64,000 bases of DNA from Cyanophora paradoxa CCMP329. Lineage: Eukaryota > Plantae > Glaucophyta. The stretch's first letter is position 1; each line of letters starts with the position of its first letter. The DNA lies in assembly GCA_004431415.1 (NCBI GenBank), contig QPMI01000545.1, positions 214,900 to 278,899 on the forward strand. Reading direction: 5' to 3'. The notes beneath the pieces are model-generated. The model worked only from the letters and a program-made list of their open reading frames with translations. It searched no databases and was not told the DNA's origin. This document shows positions 48,933-60,849 of the stretch, piece after piece. Position numbers and translations under genes: made by a program.

Positions 48933-49598
48933 ATGCATACCGATACAGATTGCGAGACTTGCGAGAACTTGCAACAGGGGAGCGCGGCGTGGCACGCGGC
49001 GCGCCGCGAAAAGCTAACTGCCTCGAACTTTGCGGCTGCGTGCGGCATAAATCCCTGGAAATCCAGGGCCCGCCTCTGGGCGGAGCTAAGCGGCATAGCG
49101 GAGGAAAACAACTTCGACAACCCTGCGCTAACCTACGGGCATGACTATGAGCCCCTCGCGGTCTCTCTCTACAAAACGTCGAACAACAACGTGGACGTGC
49201 AACATACTGGATTGCACGAACATAAGGAACTGCCCTTCCTGGCGGGCAGCCCGGACGGGCTGATTGGAAGCGATCGTATACTTGAAATAAAATGCCCCTA
49301 CAAACAAGAACTCTACGAAAAGGTCCCAACTTATTACATGCCCCAGCTCCAGGGCCTGCTGGACATAACGGGCCGCGAGTGGGCCGAACTTTTTTGCTTC
49401 ACTCCTCTGCGCGTGCAAACGTGGTACGTCAGACGGGACGAGAGGTACATCAAGCTCATGAGGAAGTGCTTACATCTATTTTGGATGCACGTCAAGGAGG
49501 GCACGCCGCCCGAGCCCTACAGCGATCGAATGAAGTCAGAGAACCTCAGCGAGGAGCAGGCGGCGCTGCGCGAGTTTAAGTCGTACGCCCTCCTCTAG
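48933..49598 (+). CDS. YqaJ-like viral recombinase / lambda-type exonuclease, copy 4
   Basis: Same 221-aa protein as copy 2. Confidence 0.93.
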   Translation: MHTDTDCETCENLQQGSAAWHAARREKLTASNFAAACGINPWKSRARLWAELSGIAEENNFDNPALTYGHDYEPLAVSLYKTSNNNVDVQHTGLHEHKELPFLAGSPDGLIGSDRILEIKCPYKQELYEKVPTYYMPQLQGLLDITGREWAELFCFTPLRVQTWYVRRDERYIKLMRKCLHLFWMHVKEGTPPEPYSDRMKSENLSEEQAALREFKSYALL

Positions 49599-49752
49599 TG
49601 TCCGGACCTTTCCAATACTCTATATGATTATTGGAGGGTCCGGACACGTCTCTTGGTCAGACTACTTCTGTCCCAGGTCTTTGGAATCTTAATATAAATT
49701 TTCCCGGGACCCGGGACAGGGCTTGGTCGGACTCACCGTAGCTTGGTGTAGC

Positions 49753-52700
49753 TCAGGCCCAGGCCGGTAGGCGAGTCTGTAATGAATCAGACCGCGCAGG
49801 ATTTGGTTGAGCTGCTCGGTGCAGGGGGCGGGAAGGCGAGGCCGCGGAGGGCCATAGAGACGTAGCGGAAGGGGTGGGGAGGCGGCCCCTGTTATCCCAC
49901 ATGGCGTCCACTATGGCGTTGTGGACCACTTGCTCTGGAGGGCGGGACGGGCCTGCGCGCACCGTTTCAGGGCCTCAGCAGCCCTCGAAGATGTTGGAGT
50001 TGGCGTGCACCAGCGGGAGGAGGGCTGGGACGGCGGCGGCGAGCCCGGGCCGAGCCCTGGTGGCGAGGGCCTGCGAGGGCGCCGGCTCCAGCTCCATCTC
50101 GAACATACCGCCCTCGACGTCGACGGTCACGGGCGGCGAGGCCGGGATCGCGCCGGCCTGCTGCGTGGCGGGGACCTGAGCCGAGAAGTTCTCGAGCCGC
50201 CACTCGCGGCAGCCCTGGCACTCACCTGGACGAAGACGGTGCGGTTGGCGACGGGCGGCGTCGGCAGGGCCTGCGCGGGGCGTCACTCACAGAAGCCGAA
50301 GGCGCCGGCCTTGTGGGCGGGGCGTCGGGGTCGCGGGGCGTGCTATAGGCCTCCGAGCCCTCCGATTCAGAGTCACTCACCGGGCTGAGAGGGTGGGGTG
50401 AGAAGAGGCCGAGGCGGGCCTTCTTGGCGGGCAGGAGGTGGGAGCCGTTGAGGGCGCAATCGGCGCCGTGGGCGCACCTCTCTCCGTAGGTGGGGCAGAG
50501 GGCCGGGGCGAGGGCGCCGGAGCCAAGGGCGCCGGAGCCGAGGACGCCGGGGCTGGAGGAGGCGGTGAGAGGGGCCGAGGAGGAGAGGAAGGGGAAGGGC
50601 GCGGGCACCGGCGCCGGACGAGGCCCTCCTCCAGCAGCCGCATCTGCGCCTCCTTCGCCTTCTCGTCGATGCGGGCCTCGAACGTCGCCCAGTTGAAGCC
50701 GACGGCGTCCGCCTCCGCCAGCTCGGGGAGGCCGTGCTCGTCGAACGCCAGCGCGGGCCGCCCGCTGAAGCCGAACGGGCGGGGGCGAGAGCGCGTTGTC
50801 CCCGACGCCCCAGACGGCGCTGAACGCCGCATCGTCCCAGCGCGCCTCCGCCTCCGCCTGGCCCTCGTCCCTTGCCTCGTCCACCTCCTTGGCGGAGAGC
50901 GACCCGATCTTGATGATGGAGGCCTGGATCAGCACAAACTCGCGCTGGAAGAATTGGACGAGCGGGATGGTAACTGCGGGAGAGGGGGTGAGCGGGGAGA
51001 GCGCGGGGCGCAGGCCAAGGGCGGGGGCGCAGGCCAAGGGCGGGGCGGACGCACATTCGATGCCGTAGGCCACCTCCTTGATGTAGCGGCCCGGCGGCCG
51101 ATCTCCTTGGCCAGCATGCTGCACTCCTTGCGCGCCGGGTGGCCGTGGCCCCACTCCATGGCGATCATCGCCTTCGCCAGACGGACGCCCTCGATGTGCC
51201 ACTCGTCCATCAGCGCCTCCAGCTTGGCGCAGATGCGCATCCAGAAGAAGACGCGCTTGAGCTTGTCGCGGTCGAATTCGGCGTCGCCGCTCTTGCTGCC
51301 CCAGTCGCGCAGGTCCGTCTCCTCCGCCTTCTTCACCTTCTCGTACCAGCACTTGATCTTCTCCGCCTGGCGCTGGAACTCGTCCGCCCGCGCCGTGAGA
51401 ACGTCCGACTCCTCCTGCGCTCCGAGGGCCCGGGGTCAGGGAGGAGAGGCGGGCTAAGCGGGGCGGCGGCGGACCGTGTGCGAGAGCTCGCCGACGATCA
51501 CGGAGATGGCCGCCGAGAGGATCTCACGGGCGCGGGCCGGCCCGTTTGGGTGGCCCTCGCGCAGAACCTCCTCCAGCTTCAGCACGGCCGTCCGCGCGAG
51601 ATCGCGGTGGCGCTGGCGGGTCTCGTCGCTCCGGCCCTGATCCACGAGAAGCTGGAGCTGGGGCCGCATGCCGGAGTCGCAGACGCTGGCGTACTTCAGA
51701 AGGGCCGCGCAGGAGAGCACCTTCTGCACGCTGACCAGCCAGTACGCGTAGCCCAGCGGGCTCTCCGCGCTCGGGTTCTCCCGACCTGCGGACGCGACCT
51801 TAGCGCGCGCAGGGGCAGGGAAAGGGGAAAGGCGGGCTCTCGCGCACGTAAATGTCATCGGCGCAGGAGAGGAACATGTGATCAACGACGTCGAAGAAGC
51901 CGCCGGACGGGAGCGTGCCGACGCCGTGGTACGCGCCTTGGATGGTCTCGCCGGCGCAGATGCCGGCCTGGACGGTGACGGTGTACTGCGAGGCCGGCGG
52001 CCCCTCCTTCACGTAGACGAAGTTGAGGTCGTACTTCTTGGCGTACGTCGGGTTGATGCGCTTGGTGACGATGACGTAATCGCACCGAACGCCGAGGCCG
52101 GACGGGCTGGCCTTCTCCTTCTCCGTCACCGACGCCAGGCACTGATCCCGCGCGATCAAGAGCTGCAGCGGCCCGCGCGTGAGCAAGCGCGGGCACGCGA
52201 GCGCAGGGAAGGGCCCTCACCCGTGGGCGCCGCCGCTGCCGGATTTGAGGTCCGCGAGGAACTCCTTCTGCTCCGGAGTGCCGGAGAAGATCGCGCGCGG
52301 ATGGAAATCGCGATGGAGCGCGATGCTGTTGAAGCAGCCCGCCGCCGCATTGTCGGACATCAGCAACAGCGCCACATCGCCGTGCGTGAAGCCGTACTTC
52401 GCCTTCACATGCTCCGGCAGCTCGTGAATGCTGTAAGGCACGATCTGCGCGCGGGGCACGCGAGCCGGGGCATGTGAGCCGGGGCCGAAGCGGTGCGGGC
52501 GAAACCGCGAACCTCGTTGAACTTATTCACCGGCGTGAACTGGCCCTTGGTCTTCAAGCGCTTCGGGTGGCCGTCCGTGTTCTGGATCTTCTTCAGCCCG
52601 CCGAACGGCTCGAAGCGCGGCACGCCGGCCGAGTTGAACACGCTATCGCAGTCATCGCGTTGAGCGCCTCCTCCGCCGACAGGCTGCCGAGATCGCGGGC

Positions 52701-52763
52701 TATGCTGTCCTGCTCGCCGGGCTGCTGCTGCTTCGCGCACGAGCGGAAGGTCGCCGCCTGCAT
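49753..52763 (-). CDS. Gene A, copy 4
   Basis: Near-identical to 28541-31554, with more homopolymer indels. Confidence 0.6.
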
Positions 52764-53061
52764 CGCGAGTGTTACTGCCCGCGATGTCTCAACGGATTCC
52801 GTTCAACGTCGTACCCCCGCTGGCTTGTTCCCTCCCAACTCGCGAAGACTCAGACTTGAAGCCCGCTTCCCCCCCTCAAAATGCGTACCCCCTTGGGCTC
52901 GAACCCGGTCGGTTTCTCGCTTTTTTTGACTGCCCAGTCCGGCGATGCAATGCAGGCCGCTCGTTCAAATCGGCTGGGAACTTGGCGCCAGAACCTTCGC
53001 AGCGCGCGCAGCACTCCCAGCAGAGCGCGCGCAGCACCGCGGCAGCATCGGCGGCAGCAGC

Positions 53062-56000
53062 ATGTCTCGGCTCGCGCTCCCTCCGGAGATCCCGGCTAAG
53101 CTGGCGAAGAACACGCTGTACGACGTTCTCTGCGTCGGCGACAGCTTCGGCGTCGATTGGACGGTTTTCGAGGCCGGCATCAGCGACCAGGCGAAGGAGG
53201 CGCAGGCGCGTGCGCTGGAGGATGGCATGCAGTTCAGCCCGAGCAGCAAGGATGTGCTGCGCAAGACCGAGCTGGCCGAGCGCAAGCGCAAGCTCGCCGC
53301 GGCGCGGACTTTGAACGCCGAGGGTGCCCCCGGCCCGTCGGTGCAGTTCTCCATCGACTCCGTCCTGTCGCGGCTGCGGCTCGCGGAGGTGCTCGCTGCC
53401 TCTTTCTCCCTCACGCGCCCGGCTCGCAGCGGCTGAGGCGCCGCCGCGCTCGCAGGACGCGGACGTGCGGGCGATGCACGCGGCGCTGAACATGACGGAG
53501 GAGAACTTCGACACGCCGAGCAAGCCGAAGCCCGGGCGCGATTCCGACGCCCGCCGGCTGTTCGCGGCGCAGCGCCTGCGGCTGCTCATGGGCGCCGTGC
53601 CCCGGCACATCGCCAAGGGCGAGTGGCGCACGATTGGCCTGCTGGCGGGCCCGGAGGAGTTCTACTTCAACCGCATGGCGGAGGCGGCCCCGCACCTGCT
53701 CTGGCTGCTGGTGCTCAGCTCGGACCCGGCCTACACGCCCGAGGTGCGCCCCCGGCCGCCCGTGCAGCCGCGGCCGCCCTCCCCGCCGACCCCCGCCGGC
53801 CCGCAGAGGCTGGCGAAGGGCATCATGGGCGTCGAGGCGCGCTGCATCATGCGGAACAGCCGCGCGTTCATCACGCGCCACGAGAGCTCGGCGGTCTGGG
53901 CGAGCGGCCGGACACCGGCGTCCTCACCGACGCCTACGCCATCCGCATCGTGCTGGAGGCGGCCTGCCGGACGTGCCGGACCGCCACGGGCGCCAGGGCA
54001 TCTGCGCCTTCGACCTGGTTCCTGAGTTCGAGGTGCCCGGCGTCACCATCGGCGACCGCGTGCAGGTGCGCCGTTTCTATTTGGATGCTATTTAGATGCT
54101 ATTTAGACTATTTAGATGCCATTTAAACCCCTCGCAGGTCATCCGCCGGTGCTCGATGCCGGACTCGCACGGGCGGCCCATGATCCACGGCGCCGTGAAG
54201 TACGTGGTGCCGCGGCGCACCCTCGCCCTCACCTTCTTCGTCCCGTCTTCGACAAGGCGGCCGCCGCCGCCGCCGCCGCCGCCTCCCGCCCCGCCCATGC
54301 TCGCGGCCGCGGAGTCCTCGGATTCCGACTCGGATTCCGAGGCGGAGCGCGAGGCCGAGGCCGCCGCCGCGGCCCGGGCGCTGGACTTCACGGAGGAGGA
54401 GCTGGAGCGGGCGCGGAGCCTGCCGCGCGCCGGCCAGGCGATGGCCGCGGCCTTCCAGGCGGCGATCGGCGAGGCGACGGCCTCCGCCTCGGCGCCCGGG
54501 CCGGCGGCAGCATGATCACGGCGGAGGGCCTCGCGCGCGCCATGCGCGTGGCCCAGGCCCAGGCCAGGCGAAGGGCAAGGGCAAGGGCAAGGCCGCCTAC
54601 ATCGACCTGCGGTTCGAGGAGGAGGAGGCGGGTGCCCCGGCGGCGCGGCGCGATCTCGGCGAGGAGATGGAGGCGGCGGCCCCAAGGCGGCCGGTGCGCC
54701 CTCCCGCCCCTAATTTCTGAGCCTAGGGCGTTCCAGAGGCGCAAAGGAATGACCCTGCCCACAGAGGAGGAGCTGGAGGCCGAGCGCGAGATGGAGATGG
54801 AGGCCGCGCTGGCGGCGGCGGCGGACGCGAAGGCCTCGCGCGAGCTGGAGGTGGCGGAGGAGTACGCGATGGAGCTGGAGCGCGAGCGCGAGCGCGAGGC
54901 GAGCCCGATGCGGAGCTGGCGGCGACGGTGGAGGCGGGGCGGGGGACACCTTCGAGCCCGAGCCCCCGTCGACGAGTTCTACCCCTCCCGCCCTCCCCTC
55001 CCTCGACGGCGCCCCGCCGCCGCCCATCGAGGAGTTCTCGGACGACGAGCCCGGCGACGCCGGCCCAGGCCGCCCTCGTCTCCCCCCGCCGCCCGCCCGC
55101 CCCGTGCCCCCGCCAGCCCCGCCGCCTCCGACGTCTCCTGGCGCCCGAGCGGCAACCCCTCGGCCTTCAGTCCCTTCCGCCCCTCGCAGCCCTCGCAGCG
55201 CCCGCCGCCCTCCGTCCAGGGTACCCCCTCGCCCGCCCATCCCTCGCCGCCGCGGGCACGCCCGTCGCCACGCCCGCCTCCTCCCTCGGCCACATGCCCC
55301 TCCGCCCCTCCGGCCCCCGCGCCGGCCGCCTCTCCCGCCGGGCCCAGCAGCGGCGCGAGCGCGAGCGGCAGCTGCTGCGCGATCAGCGGGCGGAGGCGGA
55401 GGCGGACCACGACGACGGCCAGGCGTCGGAGAGCGACGGCGAGCCGCCGCGCGCCACCAGGCTGGAGCTGGCGCGGCGGAGCTGGCGGTGCAGCCGCGCG
55501 AGGCGCCCGAGATCGACATGTCCAAGTACGACGACGTGACAACGTACAGCAAGGACAACAAGTCCAAGAAGGAGGCGGCCATTCAGGATGCGCTCCGCCT
55601 CTTCGTCAAGAACAACGTGCGCCCCGCCCCCCTTAGCTGCGCGCCCCGCCCCTTAGAGGCCGGAGGCGGCCGTGGCCCAGCTGCTTAAGGCGCTGGCCCG
55701 AGCCGCTTCGGCCGGTGCGCCCCCCTCCCCGCGTTCGAACCCGCTAACCCCTTTTGCCGGCGCAGCGGATCGTGCGCCAGAGACCCTACGGCCCGAACTC
55801 CCCGCCCACCTTCTACGTCGAGCTCCCGAACCTCTTCGTGTACGACAAGGTCAGCGCGAACAGGCACGCCGGGCGCGGGACGATGAAGGAGGTCATCCAG
55901 CTGCTGGCGATGACCTTCCACAAGACCTACGAGTCCAACCCGGCTCCTTCGAGTTCACCTTCTCGAAGGAGGTGCTCTCGGGCGGACGCGCACGTTCGTG

Positions 56001-58182
56001 GAGGAGTCCCTCCAGCTCGAGGACGTCTGCCCCGAGATGCCCGTCATCCCGGCTTCGCCTTCGCCTGCGACACGCGTGCGCCGCCCGTACCCCTGCGCCC
56101 GCCCGTACCCCCGCCGACGCCCTTGCGCAGATTTCGTGGTGCGGGCGCCGCAGGACAGCACGGGCAGCGCCTGCGTCCTCGTCATGACGCACGAGGAGGC
56201 ACGGGAGCGGTACGCGGGCTACATGAACACCTGCTACATCCAGGGGCGCCTGCCCGCGGGCATCGAGGAGGCGACCGAGACCTGCGACTGGCCCACCGTG
56301 TACGGCATGCTGCACCCTTCATGCCCAACGTCGTCAAGCACCTGGCGGACAACGGCTACGTGACGGCCGACGAGTTCGGCTACGCGGCGGCCGTCCTCTA
56401 CGCCTTCAACCTCGTCGGGCCGTGGAACTTCTGCGACAAGCCCGTCTTCGACCGGGAGCCGCGCGCGGAGATCGAGCCGCCGTCCGAGGGCGCCATGCTG
56501 CAGTACTGCGGCATCATCAAGGGCCAGTCGGGCACAGGCAAGTCGATGGTGACGCAGATCATGACGGAGTGCCTGCCGCCGGGCCGCGTCTGCGTCTACC
56601 GCCCTCCAAGGGCTCGGCCTTCTCGGAGCACGGCGGCGAGGAGGCGATCTGCATGGTGATGGCGGAGGGCCTCGACCCTAAGGCCTGCTCGGAGGAGGAG
56701 CTCAAGATGCGCTCCGGCGACGCCTACTCCCGCAACTTCAAGAACGTCCGCGGCGACGATGTGCGCACCAAGGCGACGCGCAAGGTGCTTGTCATCGTCT
56801 GCAACAGCTTCCCGCAGGTGCGCCCGTTCCCCTGCCCCCTTCCCCTTCCCCGGCGCCCTTTCTCACTTGCCCCGGCGCAGCTCGAGAACCGCATGCTCGA
56901 GTTCTTCGCCCGCGTCGTCCTGATCCCCTCGACCACAAGCCGGCCAAGAAGCGCACCTACCTCCACTCCGACATCCGCGAGAACGAGCTGCCGGCGCTCA
57001 TGGTCGCGGCCTTCACCTTCGCGTGGAAGATCATCCACGCGCTCTCCGACGGCAAGGCCTCCTGCATCCAGGCCTTCGAGCCGGCGTGGCTGCGGGCGCA
57101 GCGCCTCGGCTTCTGGCAGGAGACGGCCTCCTGTCCCTCACCCGCTTCATCATCGCCCACTGCGCCGTCGACCCCACCACCTACGTCGCCGCCCGAACAC
57201 GGAGGGCTACATGACGAGCGTCGCGGGCATCGTCGAGTACATCGCGCGCACGGAGGGCCCGACACCTCCGCCGCCGTCGCGCCGACATCGAGAACGGCCG
57301 GCTGGACGAGACCCTCGCCGGCTTCGGCTCCTGGTGCCGCCCCTACTCCTACAAGCTCGGCGGCGTCTGGCAGACCTACATCCGCGGCATCGTCCCCAAG
57401 GCCCCGCTCTCCCTCGGCGAGAGCCAGCCGGCGCTGGAGGCGATCGCGATCCCCGTCGCCCAGTTCAAGACCCGGCGCCCGACGTCGGCCCTTCCTCGTC
57501 AAGCCCACACCAAGGCAAGGGCAAGCGCACCGCAACTCGGCGCCGGCCTTCCTCCCGCCCAGCCCCCGCCACGGCCCCCAGCAGCGCCCCGGCCAGCAGC
57601 GCATCGACGAGATGCTGCCGCGCCAGGTCCGGCCCGCGTACCCCCGCCTTCCCTCCCGTACCCCCTCCCCCGCCCCCTCCTGATCCAAGGGCAGGGTACC
57701 CCGACGAACGGCGGCGCGGGCCGAGCGGCTACGGGAGCTCGGCCTCCTCCGCGAGCGCCGACGGCCCCAGCCCCCTCCCGGCCCCGGCGCCGTCCTCACC
57801 GCGATCCAGGGCTTCGGGGCCCAGCAGGAGGCCGAGCGGCGGGCGCTGGCGGCGCGCCAGGCGCGCGAGGCGGAGGAGCGGCGCCAGGCCTCTGGGCCCA
57901 GCGCCTGCAGGCCACCATCGCCTTCCGCGCCGAGCTGGACTCCGGCTTCCGCGCCGGCCAGATCGCCGGGGCGGAGGCCTCGGAGCGCTGGCGGGCGTTC
58001 GAGGCGGAGTCGGCGGGCTGGCGAAGGGCCTCGGCTACAGCTACCGGCGCGTGCCCGTGCTCAAGGACTACGCGTCGGCCGCGGCGCGGGAGGCCTCGCG
58101 GGCGGAGATCGACGCGGCGGAGGAGCAGGCGGCGCGCGAGGAGGCCGAGGACAACGCGCGCTTCCGGCACCTGCACCACTGA
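53062..58182 (+). CDS. Gene B full length: Cys/His domain, acidic/Pro-rich linker and D5-like (P4-family) superfamily 3 helicase; intron-containing. May be two genes, the second starting at 54749.
   Basis: Walker A IIKGQSGTGKS (about 56513-56545), Walker B-like ICMVMAE, B' ELK..SGD.Y...FKN, motif C LVIVCNSFP and Arg finger FARVVLIP. Introns at 56076-56130 and 56818-56880. Confidence 0.8.
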
Positions 58183-58230
58183 GGCCCGAGGCGGTATTTT
58201 TTCTCAACCCTCCCTCAATTCGGTCCCGCG

Positions 58231-58414
58231 ATGGCCTTCGAAGCTTATCCTGCCACTACTCGCTAGGAGCGCTGGCCGCGACCCTCACCTGGCTCCTCGG
58301 CGGCACCCCACGGCCTCGGCGGTCATAGGCGTGGCTTCGGCTACGCGCCAAGTCCCTCTACGCCCCGGCGGCGCCTCGCAGGCGGCGGCCGGCATGCGCC
58401 CCGCCGGGCGCTAA
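58231..58414 (+). CDS. Small hydrophobic protein (frameshifted)
   Basis: ATG follows a T-rich spacer. Stitching frames gives ..ALAATLTWLLGG.. Confidence 0.3.
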
Positions 58415-58509
58415 CTTTTCAAAGTTCATTCTCCCCTCCCCCTTTTCCGAGTTCCGAGTCCGTTGGCGTTCCCTTTTAAATTTTCTTCATTCTCGTTACA
58501 CGTTCGAAG

Positions 58510-58984
58510 ATGTCGAGCGCGGTAGAGAAGCTGCTGTGCACCGTGTTCAAATCGGATTCGCGATGCAGCAAGATCGGCGAGGCGGCGAGGGCTAAGGGCG
58601 GGGCGGCGGCGGAGGGCCAGGGTGAAGGCGGCGGATCCCGCGCCGCCGTCGCTGAAAACGATCAAGGGGGCGGGCAAGGGCAGGAGCGTGGGGGCGCTGC
58701 CCTCGTGGCGATCGCGCCGGGGCAGAGGGAGGCGGCGCACGCGGCGACGGCGGCGCTGGCGCGCGGCGGCAGGCGGAGGCCTACCCGTGCCTGGGCCGGG
58801 GGCTGCACCCGCCGGCCGCCGCCCCTACGCCGTGAGCGCCTACTTCGACGAGGCCAACCGGCTGAGCTGCCAGGAGCTGTGCGACAACCGCATGCGGCGC
58901 GCCGTGGACGGGCACCTGCCGCTGCTGGTGGCGCTGGGCGGCTCGCTCCTGATGGTCTGGTACCTGCGCGGCCTGGTCATTTAG
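58510..58984 (+). CDS. Hypothetical protein with a C-terminal TM anchor (frameshifted)
   Basis: MSSAVEKLLCTVFK.. joined to ..LSCQELCDNR..LPLLVALGGSLLMVWYLRGLVI*. Confidence 0.5.
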
Positions 58985-59010
58985 ATAGTTTTTCGAAGTC
59001 TAGGTCAAAG

Positions 59011-59411
59011 ATGGGCTGGGTGGACGCCGTGCTGACCAAGGTCTTCGGACCGAAGAGCGCGCAGCCGCCGCCGAGCTTCAACCTGGCCGCGGCGATCAGC
59101 ACGACGATCGAGCGCAAGAACAACGAGCTCATCCTAAAGAACGACGGCAAGCTTCCCTGGGCCGACGTGGCGCGGGCGCACTCGGCAGCACGCTGACGGG
59201 AATCGATCGGACGGGCGCCGCGGGCGTGAAGGTCGGGCAGGCGGTTGCGGCCGTGCCGGAGCTTGCGATGAAGGGCTGGCACTACGCCAAGATCGCCGCC
59301 GGCGTCGCCGCCGTGCTCCTTGCGATCTGGCTCGCGTGGCAGCTGCGCGGCGCCTACCAGGGCGCGCGCCTGCAGAGCGCCCAGCTCGACTATTTTCTAA
59401 AGGCTAGGTAA
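59011..59411 (+). CDS. Small membrane protein with an N-terminal MG amphipathic helix and a C-terminal TM (frameshifted)
   Basis: MGWVDAVLTKVFG.. joined to ..IAAGVAAVLLAIWLAWQLRG.. Confidence 0.55.
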
Positions 59412-59423
59412 AGCGAGCGAACC

Positions 59424-59797
59424 ATGCGCGGCGGCTCTTCCCCCCGTGTTTCCTTCGCTGAGAACCCGGTGGCGAACGCAGTCGCCCCTACCCCCCTGGA
59501 GCCCGGAGTGAAGCTGGAGCGTGCGAACGCAGTCTCCACCAAGAAGGCCAAGCGCGCGCTGGCGCTGGAGGTCCCGGTCGCGGAGGATACGGAGAAGGTT
59601 GCATTCAACAAGCGCAAGACGTACAAGGCGATACGCGAGGGACAGCTGCTGCCCACGGACTCGGTTCCGGGCTGCCGGGCACCACGGCCGGCGAGCTCCT
59701 AGTGCGCAACCTGCGCCTGCAGTACGTCTCCCGCCTCCGCCGCTCCAAGGCCAAGAAGGCGCGCCTGGACTCGGGCGATAGCAGCTCTAGCTCGTAG
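59424..59797 (+). CDS. Small basic hypothetical protein (frameshift near 59670)
   Basis: MRGGSSPRVSFAENP..FNKRKTYKAIREG, continuing ..ELLVRNLRLQYVSRLRRSKAKKARLDSGDSSSSS*. Confidence 0.5.
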
Positions 59798-59824
59798 GGC
59801 TCTGTACTGTTGTATTCAATGCCT

Positions 59825-60108
59825 TTACCAGTTCCTGTTCCTATCCAGAGCACGACTCGGGTGAAGGGCACGGTCATAGCGAACATGAACTCGGCGAACT
59901 TTGCAAAGTTCATCAGGGTTCCCAGGCGGGGATCCTCCCAGTAGATCGCCTCGCGCAGCGCCTCGTAGACGCGCATGAGGGAGCGCTCGTTCTCCGTCGC
60001 GAAGGCGTCGCCGGGCTCGTCGGGGTCGGGATCCGTGAGCTCGGAGTACTCGTCCGAGCTGCCCGCGCTCTCGGCACCTGCGGCGGGGTCGGGCGAGGGG
60101 TCGGGCAT
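59825..60108 (-). CDS. Small acidic hypothetical protein
   Basis: MPDPSPD..DAFATENERSLMRVYEALREAIYWEDPRLGTLMNFAKFAEFMF. The 3' end is uncertain. Confidence 0.5.
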
Positions 60109-60137
60109 TCTCTACTAGTAGAAGGGCTAGAAAATCA

Positions 60138-60781
60138 CTAGCAATCACGGGCGCCGGAACTCCATCGAGTCGCCGCGCCAGTACTTGTTGCGGAGGCGAG
60201 CAGCTTCATCGGCTCGCCCGTCGAATCGTGCTTCCAGGCCTCGCCGTCCCAGAGGGCCGTGCCGCCGTCCTCTAGCTTGAGGCGGTGGCCCGGCTCGAGC
60301 CGGTTGCCGTCGAGCATGCGGCCGGCCATGAGCGCCAGGTCCCACTCGGTGAGGTTGCGCTGCTCTGCGGGGGTGAGGCCGCGCTCGACGCGCTCGGGCT
60401 GGCGCGCCTCGCGCTCCATGCGGCTGAGGCCTACCAGGAAGAAGATGGGCAACGCAAAGGCCATGAGATCTAGCAGGGCCTCCATTGGGCAAGACTTAGA
60501 AAGGTTCCGGACCAGGCCCGAGAGCTGCGGGCCCAGGCGCCGGGCGGCGTAGTAGAGCGCGGCCGCCGCCGCCGCAAGGATCAGAAGGCGCGGCGGGCCG
60601 CGCGCCGGCTCCTCCAGGGTCAGGTCCACGGTCTCCGGCCCGCGCGCCGGAGCCGCCAGGATCTCGGGCTCGGAGCAGAGGACTTGGGCCCGCGGCGGCG
60701 GCGCTGCTTGGGCGCCGAGGCGGCGGCGGTGAGAAGGTCCTCAGGCTCCTGCTTGATACCTGCGCAATCGGTGAAGTCCAT
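60138..60781 (-). CDS. One or two small membrane-associated hypothetical proteins (ATGs at 60781 and 60485)
   Basis: MDFTDCAG..LLILAAAAAALYYAARR and MEALLDLMAFALPIFFLVGL..ALWDGEAWKH. Confidence 0.45.
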
Positions 60782-60849
60782 GCTTGCTGGGTACCTTGGA
60801 AAATTGTGGGAGGCGTCCGGAGTGTGCGAACGTAGCTCCAATGGGATTT

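Larger units (their letters stand above)
27688..55431 (+). repeat. Four head-to-tail near-identical copies of a 6-8 kb block; units start at 27688, 34701, 42961 and about 48907
   Basis: The sequence (tcaagaaat)tctaaacgctactgcgagacc and the same ORFs recur in each unit. Differences are single-base G/C homopolymer indels plus rearranged junctions. Confidence 0.95.
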
